Part shown: one piece after another, positions 19,211-27,088 of the stretch | Position numbering within the stretch: position 1 is the first letter of the stretch | How the letters are laid out: each line of letters opens with the position of its first letter | Source: Gemmatimonadota bacterium | GTDB lineage: Bacteria > Gemmatimonadota > Gemmatimonadetes > Longimicrobiales > RSA9 | Assembly (NCBI GenBank): GCA_037388885.1 | Contig: JARRJS010000038.1 | Coordinates: 5,515 to 69,514 of the forward strand | DNA: 64,000 nt | Reading direction: 5' to 3' | The notes under the pieces: model-generated | The model's database searches: none | Seen by the model: the letters and a program-made list of their open reading frames with translations, nothing else | Told to the model about the DNA's origin: nothing | Translations under genes and position numbers: made by a program

Positions 19211-19779
19211 ATGTCTGGAACCTTCCTCGCACGCATCGCGTTGTTCCTGTCCGTCGCGGCAAATCTGCGACGAACCGCACTACCGCTGGACGGAGAAGAC
19301 GGACCCAAGTCTCTCGACGAATACGGCCCAGCGTGCGACCGTCTGGGCGATGTTGAACCAGTGGAACCCTTTGGAATTCACGGGCTCGGACGATTACGGG
19401 TGCGCCGACCGGGAGGGGCTCGAGAAACGGGTTTGCAGCGTCCTCGGTTGGGTCCGGCGGGTCAAGACGGGCGAATCGGACGGGACCGGCACATCGAGAT
19501 CACGTCGCGGCGCAGCAGTCCCGTCGGCGAGTGCGTCGTCGTCGAGATCCCGCCGCCTGAAAACAGCGCCCTATGCGATATCGCCCGGACATCCCTCAAC
19601 GACCACATCGCGGTCGGAGGCGCTACGATGGATTCAGGCGGGACTTGAGCACGCCCGTGCGCATCCGGATCATCGGAGCTGCATTCTTCGACGGCGAGCA
19701 CCGGGGAGGTGCCAACCACAGGGATGAGACGCGCGGCGATCATGGCCGGCGCAACAGCTCCGTCCGCACCCTATGGGAG
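19211..19779 (+). pseudogene. Secreted protein (probable OB-fold) broken by three frameshifts and a 3' truncation
   Basis: GGAGG-ATG. Segments MSGTFLARIALFLSVAA / QICDEPHYRWTEKTD...VRRVKTGESDG / DRHIEITS...CVVVEIPPP...DSGG / DLSTPVRIRIIGAAFFDGEH...HGRRNSSVRTLWE lie in different frames, with shifts at about 19260, 19484 and 19642. Confidence 0.7.
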
Positions 19780-19870
19780 AGTGGGGCTTGGGCGCGGGCA
19801 CCCACAGGAGTCGATGAGACGCATGTGTTTGAGGCGCCCCAGGGGCGTGTCCCTGGTCCCAAGAAAAGCT

Positions 19871-20407
19871 TCACCAAGAAGGCAACGGGATCTTGACTGA
19901 GAGACCGAGACCGAGGCGCGGGTGACTCTCCGGCTTCCCGACCCGCTCCCACCTGCTGTACCTGATGATCGGCCAGAGGACCAGGCCGAAAGGCAATCCG
20001 AGGGCCGCGCCCCCGAGTACGCCAGCGGCCAGGCCCCCTGCGGGACCCGGGCAAAGAAACTCGCCGTCACAGGACACCCCGGCGATGGTGCCGAGTAAGC
20101 CGCCGGCCAGGGCCGTGACGCCCATGGTGATCAGGATCGTCCGGGCGCTTGTGTACGATCCGGCCTTCTCCTCGATCGTGGATAGGTCGTCCAGGTCGTA
20201 GGTCCAACGCCCCAGTCGGTCCTTGATCTCGATCGTCCCGTGGTCAGTCGATATGGAAAGGATCTCGCCCGTGCGGTGGCGGCCCGTCTCGTCCGTTATC
20301 CGGACGGTCTGACCAGGCGTGAGGCGCGTGGGCACCTGGCCGTGAAGGCCGGTGGCGAAGAGTGATCCGAGCCCTGCCATGGCAAAGACCAGCACCGTGC
20401 GCGACAT
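19871..20407 (-). CDS. Exported glycine-zipper membrane protein, paralog B (178 aa)
   Basis: Signal peptide (…ATGLHG|Q), small beta domain GQTVRIT...STIEEK, hydrophobic hairpin with SCDGEFLC loop and GxxxG repeats, C-terminus GLGLSVKIPLPSW. RBS GAGGAGG. Confidence 0.85.
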   Translation of the reverse strand: MSRTVLVFAMAGLGSLFATGLHGQVPTRLTPGQTVRITDETGRHRTGEILSISTDHGTIEIKDRLGRWTYDLDDLSTIEEKAGSYTSARTILITMGVTALAGGLLGTIAGVSCDGEFLCPGPAGGLAAGVLGGAALGLPFGLVLWPIIRYSRWERVGKPESHPRLGLGLSVKIPLPSW

Positions 20408-20729
20408 GGGACCTCCTCGGGTGGAGTAAGATAGGATCTTCGATGGTTGCCGGATGCCGGCACCTGCCCGGCACGTAGGTCCATCTTCCCGAGTAGGTAG
20501 GCAAACCGCGTCAAGGCAGAGTCAAGCAATAGCACCGCGCGGGGCCGCATCCTGACCCATCCTGCCATTCCCGCCCGCCGCACGTCGCGCAAACTTGGAG
20601 CTCACCACCACCCGGAGGCGAACGTGGGCCCACCTGGAGCTGCGCGACCTGCCCGTTCAGGGCGGAACCCGGCGGACCGGATTTCGCAGCAGACGGCGCC
20701 GCGTGCCGCATCGGGCTTCCGTCCGGATG

Positions 20730-20743
20730 TTTCGCTTCAACGT
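20730..20743 (+). repeat. attR core (displaced original ychF 3' end)
   Basis: TTTCGCTTCAACGT followed by GTAG also encodes FRFNV*. Confidence 0.85.
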
Positions 20744-20765
20744 GTAGGGCGCCGGCGCGTTGCAC

Positions 20766-20953
20766 CGGCTGCAGGTGGCAGGTATCAGGTCCACGTTCGC
20801 GGCGTGCGCCGGTTCCCGGCCAGGGCGCCACCCTTCGCGCGGTAAGCTTTTCCGTCTTCGCCTTGCGACGAATGCGTACGCCGGTGACCGGGCGCTCAAC
20901 GCCCAGCCCGCTTATCCAACAAGCACAGAGCTGCCACCTGCGACCTGCAGCCG
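20766..20953. repeat. Heptamer inverted-repeat-bounded element, copy 2 (188 bp)
   Basis: CGGCTGCAGGTGGCAGGTATCAG (20766-20788) matches the reverse complement of 20931-20953 (CGGCTGCAGGTCGCAGGTGGCAG) at 20/23 positions. Confidence 0.7.
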
Positions 20954-21024
20954 CCGCGGCGGAGCCGGGGCGGCGCCCTGTGAGCCGCGGCGGCTGTATA
21001 CGCTGCGAATCCGCGTGCCCCGGC

Positions 21025-21053
21025 TTTACGAAAACCGCCCGGAACGATATACT
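21025..21053 (+). promoter_or_regulatory. sigma70-type promoter of the rpsF operon
   Basis: TTTACG-N17-TATACT. Confidence 0.7.
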
Positions 21054-21066
21054 TACAGGCTTTCTA

Positions 21067-21112
21067 TCCTGCCCCGCGCAGCGACGCGGGGCCGAACGAG
21101 ACCGGGGGAGGA
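21067..21112 (+). promoter_or_regulatory. S6:S18 ribosomal-protein leader (autoregulatory RNA)
   Basis: CCT-GCCCCGCG-loop-CGCGGGGC-CG...GGGGGAGG: a stem followed by the conserved CCG and an RBS pairable with the 5' CCT, directly before rpsF. Confidence 0.75.
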
Positions 21113-21117
21113 AACGC

Positions 21118-21489
21118 GTGAAGGATTACGAGATCGTCTACATCTTCGACTCGATGCTGGACGAGGAGAAGATTCGCACCAAGCTGGACGGATACCACCA
21201 GCTGATCACCGGGGACGGCGGCGAGATCACGGCCGTCGATTTCTGGGGCAAGCGTCAGCTCGCCTACCCGATCGCCAAGAAAGCTGCGGGCAACTACGTC
21301 GTCGTGCAGTTCCGCACGGGCGCGGAGGCGCTACCGGAGTTCGAACGGCGTCTGAAGCTGGACGATGAGCTGTTGCGCTACCTCATCGTGCTGAGCGAGG
21401 GAGAGCCGACGGCGCCCATGTCGCTGTCGACCCGGGAGCCGTCGTCCAGAGACGACGACGAGGACGACGACGATGAGGAGGAAGACTGA
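21118..21489 (+). CDS. rpsF: 30S ribosomal protein S6
   Basis: MKDYEIVYI, WGKRQLAYPI and ERRLKLDDELLRYL motifs; acidic tail. Confidence 0.97.
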   Translation: MKDYEIVYIFDSMLDEEKIRTKLDGYHQLITGDGGEITAVDFWGKRQLAYPIAKKAAGNYVVVQFRTGAEALPEFERRLKLDDELLRYLIVLSEGEPTAPMSLSTREPSSRDDDEDDDDEEED

Positions 21490-21710
21490 TGGCGGGCCGA
21501 CACAAGAACTGCCCGTTGTGTGAATCGGGCATCCGGCGCATCAACTACAAGGACGAAAGCACGCTTTCGCGGTTCATCACCGACGCCGGCAAGATCCTGC
21601 CGCGTCGTCTGACGGGCATGTGTGCACGGCATCAGCGTCAGGTGGGCACGGCGATCAAGCGGGCGCGCTATCTGGCCCTGGTGGGGTACGCGAACACGGG
21701 CGAGGGCTGA
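21489..21710 (+). CDS. rpsR: 30S ribosomal protein S18 (Zn-binding C+ type)
   Basis: CPLC, INYKD, GKILPRRLTGMCARHQR and AIKRAR motifs. Confidence 0.97.
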   Translation: MAGRHKNCPLCESGIRRINYKDESTLSRFITDAGKILPRRLTGMCARHQRQVGTAIKRARYLALVGYANTGEG

Positions 21711-21714
21711 GTAC

Positions 21715-22632
21715 GTGACGACTGGCGGACGCTGGCCGGCGGTGGTCGGCCTGTCGCTGGTCGTGATCATGCTGTCGGTAGTGCAACCCGCGCTACTGGT
21801 GTTCGTGCCGCTGGGTTTGCTGTTGGTCGCCATCCCTTCCCGGCCACTCCGACTCCACCTGGTGGGGCTCGGCATGCTGCTGCTGGCATTGACGCTGATC
21901 GGTGCGCACGCCGACATGTTGTGGTATGCGCAGCGAGGCTGGGTGCTGGTGCTGGGGGCCTGGTTCGTGGGAATGGTGGTGACGTGGCCGCGGGCGAGTT
22001 TCATCTCCCGGGCGTTGGCGGCGGTGACGGGGTCGGTCGGTACGGCTGTGGTGCTGTTCGTGGTTCGACGGGGCGGCTGGCAGCAGCTGGACTGGACCAT
22101 CGGCCAGAGCTACCGGCGAGAAGCGGCGACGGTGGCCGTTCAGATGAACGCGGGCAGCCTGGGGAAGGAGTTTTCCGGCGCGATGATGCAGGCGGCGGCG
22201 TTGCAGGCGCGCTTGTACCCGGCGCTCCTGGCGCTGGCATCGGTGGCTGCCCTGGGCCTGGCATGGTGGGCGTACCGGCGATTGGTGGCGCGCGAGTCGC
22301 CGCTGGGCTTGCTGCGTGATTTTCGGTTCAGCGACGAACTCGTCTGGGTGCTGATCGCCGGCCTGGCGCTGGTGGTTGCGCCCTTGGGCGACGTGGCGGC
22401 GCGTGCCGGCGTGAACGTGCTGGCGTTCATGGTTGCGCTCTACGCGCTTCGCGGATTGGCAGTGCTGCTGGCGCTGGTGGGCATGCCGAGCATCGTTGGA
22501 ACGATCGTGGCCGTGGTGGTCGCGCTGCTGCTCTACCCGGTCGTGATGACGGGGGCGGTAGTGCTGGGAATCACGGATACATGGCTCGACCTCCGGACCC
22601 GCATGCGGTCCGGTACGGAGCAAGGGGAGTGA
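21715..22632 (+). CDS. YybS/DUF2232 family membrane protein
   Basis: Multi-TM protein with FRFSDELVW, YALRGLAV and LGITDTWLDLR; sits between rpsR and rplI. Confidence 0.85.
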   Translation: MTTGGRWPAVVGLSLVVIMLSVVQPALLVFVPLGLLLVAIPSRPLRLHLVGLGMLLLALTLIGAHADMLWYAQRGWVLVLGAWFVGMVVTWPRASFISRALAAVTGSVGTAVVLFVVRRGGWQQLDWTIGQSYRREAATVAVQMNAGSLGKEFSGAMMQAAALQARLYPALLALASVAALGLAWWAYRRLVARESPLGLLRDFRFSDELVWVLIAGLALVVAPLGDVAARAGVNVLAFMVALYALRGLAVLLALVGMPSIVGTIVAVVVALLLYPVVMTGAVVLGITDTWLDLRTRMRSGTEQGE

Positions 22633-22636
22633 GGAC

Positions 22637-23098
22637 ATGAAGACGGTGAAGCTGATCCTGCGTCAGGATGTCGAGAAGCTCGGGGAAGCGGGCTCGGTCG
22701 TGAGCGTGCGCCCGGGTTACGCTCGGAACTACCTGTTGCCCCAGGGCATGGCCTACGAGGCGACGGACGCCAACATCCGGCAGCTGGAAGAGGAACGGGA
22801 ACGCGAAGAGCAGCGTGCGCGCCGGGACTTCCTCGAAGCGCGGCGTCGCGCTTCCATCCTGGAAGATGTCTCGCTGACGTTCCACGCGCGGGCCGGCGAG
22901 GAGTCAAAGCTGTTCGGATCGATCACGACTGCGGACATCGCGGAGCAGCTGAACCAGCAGGGCCACGATTTCGAGGTGGACCGCAAGCAGATCGACCTGG
23001 CCGAGCCGATCAAGGCACTGGGTGTCTACAACGTGGTGATCAAGCTGCACGCGGATGTCCGTCCGGAGATCAAGGTCTGGGTGATCAAGGAGGAGTAG
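22637..23098 (+). CDS. rplI: 50S ribosomal protein L9
   Basis: LGEAGSVVSVRPGYARNYLLPQG, KLFGSIT and PIKALG motifs. Confidence 0.98.
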   Translation: MKTVKLILRQDVEKLGEAGSVVSVRPGYARNYLLPQGMAYEATDANIRQLEEEREREEQRARRDFLEARRRASILEDVSLTFHARAGEESKLFGSITTADIAEQLNQQGHDFEVDRKQIDLAEPIKALGVYNVVIKLHADVRPEIKVWVIKEE

Positions 23099-23221
23099 GA
23101 GGAGTCGTCCCTGCCCTTCGCCGTTGTCGGTGATGTCGGCGTCCCATTACATTGCAGATTGAGTGACATTCTGCGCCCGCATCCGCGGGCGCAGGAAGTC
23201 GTCCCCTACGTCCGGGAGTGG

Positions 23222-23617
23222 ATGCAGAGCAACGAAGCGGAGCGTCGCGAGGCCGTGTTCGACCTGACGGAGGCAGCTGAGCTTGCCCGCGCCGTCGAGC
23301 TGGCACAGGAGCGAAAGGGCCGCGACGTCGTTGTGCTGGACCTTCGAGGCATTTCGAGCGCTACGGACTACTTCCTGATCGTGAGCGGCACGTCGGACAT
23401 CCACGTCCGATCGGTGGCCGAGCACATCGTAGAGGAGCTCAAGAAGGATCACGTCCGACCGGATCACGTGGAGGGCTTGCGTGGCGGTCGCTGGGTCCTC
23501 ATCGACTACATCGATTTCGTGGTTCATGTGTTCCACCCCGCTGTACGCGAGTTCTACCAGCTGGAACGCTTGTGGGGTGATGCACCCGCGCTGGTCCCGG
23601 ACGCGCAGGAGTTGTAG
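23222..23617 (+). CDS. rsfS: Ribosome silencing factor (start uncertain)
   Basis: KGRDVVVLDL, DYFLIVSG, WVLIDY and REFYQLERLW motifs. Confidence 0.94.
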   Translation: MQSNEAERREAVFDLTEAAELARAVELAQERKGRDVVVLDLRGISSATDYFLIVSGTSDIHVRSVAEHIVEELKKDHVRPDHVEGLRGGRWVLIDYIDFVVHVFHPAVREFYQLERLWGDAPALVPDAQEL

Positions 23618-23638
23618 ACGCCGTCGCCGGAGCATCCC

Positions 23639-26600
23639 ATGAGGCGCAGTCTGTGCAGCGCGGCCCTCGCCGGGGCTCTCCTCGCCTTCGCTGTCGCACC
23701 CGCACAGGCGCAGTTTGGACGCAACAAGGTGCAGTACCGCGCGTTCAACTTCCGGATCATCAAGACTGAGCATTTCGACATCTACTTCTATCTGCGGGAG
23801 CGTGAGGCAGCGCTGGACGCTGCGCGTATGGCGGAGCGTGCCTACGGCCGCCTTTCGCGGCTGCTGCAGCACGAGTTCGACACACGCAAGCCCATTATCC
23901 TTTACGCATCCCACAGCGACTTTCAGCAGACGAACGCGCTGCCCGGTCTCATCGACGAGTCCACCGGCGGAGTCACGGAGATCCTGAAGAATCGGGTCAT
24001 CGTGCCGTTGACGGGGTCGTACGCCGATTTCGAGCACGTACTGACGCACGAGCTGGTGCACGCGTTCCAGTTCGACATCCTGTTCGGCGACGGCATGGTG
24101 ACCGGTGCGCAGCCGACGCTAAGGGTCCCGCTGTGGTTCATGGAAGGGATGGCCGAGTACCTGTCGCTGGGCCGGGTCGACGCGCACACGGCTTCCTGGT
24201 TGCGGGACGCGGTCACCGCCGGCTACATCCGCGACATCGATGAGATGAACCGGCGGGACGACTATCTGTCCTATCGCTTTGGCCAATCGCTGTGGGCGTT
24301 CATCGGCCATCGTTGGGGGGACGACGCCATCGGCGTGGTGCTCAAGAAGCTGGCCCGCATGGGGCTGGAACGGGCGTTCGTGTCCACGTTCGGGCTGACG
24401 CTGGCGCAGCTGAGCCAGGAGTGGCTGGCGTCGGTGCGCACGACGTATCTACCGGAGCTCGTACAGCACGAAGCGCCGACGCGCTACGGCGGGCGGCTGA
24501 CCCACCATGAGAAGCTGACCGACCCGTGGTACCTGGCCCCGGCACTGTCGCCGGACGGCACGCTGATCGTGTTCGCATCCCAGCGGCAGGGCTTCTTCAT
24601 GGACCTGTGGCTGGCGGACGCCAACACCGGCCAGGTGTTGAAACGACTGGTGAAGGGGTCGCGCAGCTCGGGCTTCGAGTCCCTGCGGTACCAGAACTCC
24701 ACGTCGGTGTTCTCGCCGGACGGACGGCTCGTGGCGTTTGCGGCGGAGACCGGTGGGCGGGACGCGCTCTACGTCTACGACGTCCGGAAGCGGAGGATGG
24801 CCTATCGGCTCCAGTTCGACCTCAACGGCATTGAGAACCCGAGCTGGTCGCCGGACGGGCGGCGCATCGTGTTCACCGGCCTTGACGGTGGCCTGAGCGA
24901 CCTTTTCGTAACGGACCTCCATGGCCGTCTGCAGCGGCTCACCCACGACCGGCACGCGGATCTGATGCCCAGCTGGTCGCCGGACGGAAGCCGGATCGCG
25001 TTCGCTACGGACGGGGGCCCTGATGCCGATTTCGGGGACCTGCGTTACGGCAACTTCCGTATCGCTCTGCTCTACGTTGCCAGCGGTCGCGTGGAGCTGT
25101 TGCCGGGACAGGACGTGGGAAAGAACATCGACCCGGTCTGGTCGCCGGACGGCCGCAGCCTGGCGTGGGTGAGCGACCGGACGGGCATCAACAACCTCTA
25201 CCTGTACAACCTCGACGACCGGTCCCTCTTTCAACTGACGGATGTGCTGTCGGGCATCATCGGCACGAATCGCCTGACTCCTGTCCTCAGCTGGTCGCGA
25301 GCCGGCCGTCTCGCCTTCGTGTATTTCGAGCACGGCGGTTACAACCTGTATACCATTGCCGACCCGCTGACACTGCCGCGCCGTCCCGTGTGGCCAGCCC
25401 CCGCGGTGATCGTGCAGCGTGATTCGGGCAACGAACGCGCCGCCGCCGGTGTCGTCGGCGATGCGGACGTGGCCGTGCCGGCGAGCGGCGTGGGTGAAAC
25501 GCCGACATCGACCGGTAAGCAGACGTCGTCTGCACCGTCCTCGGGGCTCGGCCGGCCCACGAGCGACGCAGCGTCCTGGCTGCGGCAGGATGGAGTGGGC
25601 TTTAGCGCAACCGAGGTCCGACCAGGGTCCGATGGACGCCGCGGCGGGCGGCGTTCCCTGGTGGACGTACTGGACAGCGCCGGCACCGTCCTGCCGGACA
25701 CCAGTGCCTTCGACATCGTCCGTTATCATGTGAAGTTCACACCGGACGTGATCGGGCGGCCGACCATTGGCGCGACGGTGGGCGGTTACTACGGGAACGG
25801 ATTGTATGGCGGCAGCCACATCTCGTTGTCGGACATGCTGGGCGACCAGAACATTGTGTTGGCCGGCAACATCAACGGCTCCCTATCGGACGCTGTGTTC
25901 TTCGGCAGCTACGAGTACCTGAAGCGGCGAGTGAACTACGGCGTGACGTTCCAGCAAGTGCCGCTCTACCGGTACCGCGGATTGCAGTCCTTCACCGTGG
26001 AAACGAACGGTGTGCGGCGCAACGCGCTGGCGCAGGTGTTCATCCGGGACGTGATCCGACAGGGCACGTTGATGGCGCATTATCCGTTCAGCCAGTTCCA
26101 GCGCCTGGAGCTGGGCGCGAGCGCGATCTACTTCAAGCGCGACTACCTGTTTCGGGGCATCCTGACAGATACGAACAGACCGCTGATCCGGGACGAGCGC
26201 ATCGGCGATGTGGCGTTCGCGCAGCCGACCGTGGCGCTCGTGTTCGACAATGCGCTGTTCGGCTGGACGGGCCCGATCTACGGCACACGCTACCGCCTCC
26301 AGGTTTCGCGAGCGTACGGTGGCTACAGCTTCGACGAGGGGTACCTGGACTTCCGCAACTACTGGAATCTCAAGCGGGTGGTCGTGCTCGCGAGCCGGTT
26401 TGTCGCCCTCGTGCGCCAGGGCCGTGACGCCGACCGCTTCTCCCTGTTCTGGGGTGGCCCCTACTTCATACGGGGCTACGACGCCACCACGTTCGATCCG
26501 GGCGGGCCCGAATGCGAGCAGGATCACGTGGCAGGCGGCGCCTCTGGGGCTGTATGCCCGGCCCGCGACCAGCTGATCGGCTCCAGCGCCGCTTTCATGA

Positions 26601-26953
26601 ATCTCGAGCTGCGATTCCCGATCATCACGGAGCTCCAGCTCGGGTTCCTTGGCACGTTCCCGCCCGTCGACGCGGTGGCGTTCTTCGACGGCGGCCTGGC
26701 CTGGGACAACCACGCCTGCCTGCGCTCCGATTACGACCCGGCCGCGCGCTGTGATTCCACGAAGCCGGTGCGCGTCGTCTGGCGACGGAAGACCGGGCAG
26801 GACCCGTATCTCTTCCGGCAGCCCGTGTACAGCTATGGACTCGGGTTGCGGTTCAACGTCTATTACGCGGTCATCCGGCTGGACTACGCGCTCCCGCTGA
26901 ACCGACCGCACAGGAACGGCGTCTTCTCCGTGTCGTTCGGACCGTCGTTTTGA
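23639..26953 (+). CDS. Omp85/BamA-family outer membrane protein with an N-terminal gluzincin-like peptidase and a TolB-like (PD40) beta-propeller
   Basis: Signal peptide, QFGRNKVQY, HELVHAFQ...WFMEGMAEY (HExxH plus distal E), repeated (W/F/L)SPDG, IRGY lid motif and a C-terminal beta-signal VFSVSFGPSF. Confidence 0.88.
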   Translation: MRRSLCSAALAGALLAFAVAPAQAQFGRNKVQYRAFNFRIIKTEHFDIYFYLREREAALDAARMAERAYGRLSRLLQHEFDTRKPIILYASHSDFQQTNALPGLIDESTGGVTEILKNRVIVPLTGSYADFEHVLTHELVHAFQFDILFGDGMVTGAQPTLRVPLWFMEGMAEYLSLGRVDAHTASWLRDAVTAGYIRDIDEMNRRDDYLSYRFGQSLWAFIGHRWGDDAIGVVLKKLARMGLERAFVSTFGLTLAQLSQEWLASVRTTYLPELVQHEAPTRYGGRLTHHEKLTDPWYLAPALSPDGTLIVFASQRQGFFMDLWLADANTGQVLKRLVKGSRSSGFESLRYQNSTSVFSPDGRLVAFAAETGGRDALYVYDVRKRRMAYRLQFDLNGIENPSWSPDGRRIVFTGLDGGLSDLFVTDLHGRLQRLTHDRHADLMPSWSPDGSRIAFATDGGPDADFGDLRYGNFRIALLYVASGRVELLPGQDVGKNIDPVWSPDGRSLAWVSDRTGINNLYLYNLDDRSLFQLTDVLSGIIGTNRLTPVLSWSRAGRLAFVYFEHGGYNLYTIADPLTLPRRPVWPAPAVIVQRDSGNERAAAGVVGDADVAVPASGVGETPTSTGKQTSSAPSSGLGRPTSDAASWLRQDGVGFSATEVRPGSDGRRGGRRSLVDVLDSAGTVLPDTSAFDIVRYHVKFTPDVIGRPTIGATVGGYYGNGLYGGSHISLSDMLGDQNIVLAGNINGSLSDAVFFGSYEYLKRRVNYGVTFQQVPLYRYRGLQSFTVETNGVRRNALAQVFIRDVIRQGTLMAHYPFSQFQRLELGASAIYFKRDYLFRGILTDTNRPLIRDERIGDVAFAQPTVALVFDNALFGWTGPIYGTRYRLQVSRAYGGYSFDEGYLDFRNYWNLKRVVVLASRFVALVRQGRDADRFSLFWGGPYFIRGYDATTFDPGGPECEQDHVAGGASGAVCPARDQLIGSSAAFMNLELRFPIITELQLGFLGTFPPVDAVAFFDGGLAWDNHACLRSDYDPAARCDSTKPVRVVWRRKTGQDPYLFRQPVYSYGLGLRFNVYYAVIRLDYALPLNRPHRNGVFSVSFGPSF

Positions 26954-27088
26954 GCGTTGCCAATGCCCGGGGTTGGATCTTTTTCGGCGGGGCTCGGTCC
27001 CTTATCATTAGCCCACTGCGGGGCATGAACCGCACTCGTCGCTGTGGACACCCGATTCGCCTGTGAAAATTCACAGAGGTCCCGTCCC

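Larger units (their letters stand above)
18061..20743. mobile_element. Decayed integrative element (genomic island) inserted in the 3' end of ychF
   Basis: Bounded by the exact 14-bp direct repeat TTTCGCTTCAACGT. Contains a tyrosine-recombinase remnant and non-housekeeping cargo, and interrupts the ychF-rpsF neighbourhood. Confidence 0.85.

Noticed and set aside
19106-19896. Three overlapping ORFs (19106-19648, 19350-19727, 19573-19896) as separate genes
   Set aside because: Better explained as pieces of one frameshifted gene starting at ATG 19211
20766-20953. 6S RNA (size and closing stem fit)
   Set aside because: I could not see the continuous rod with a central bubble, the ends match a repeat also present at 14607, and the context is not the usual zapA/rny or ygfA neighbourhood. 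An Rfam scan would settle it.
21489-21500. Absence of ssb between rpsF and rpsR
   Set aside because: A common variant of this operon in many phyla; not remarkable
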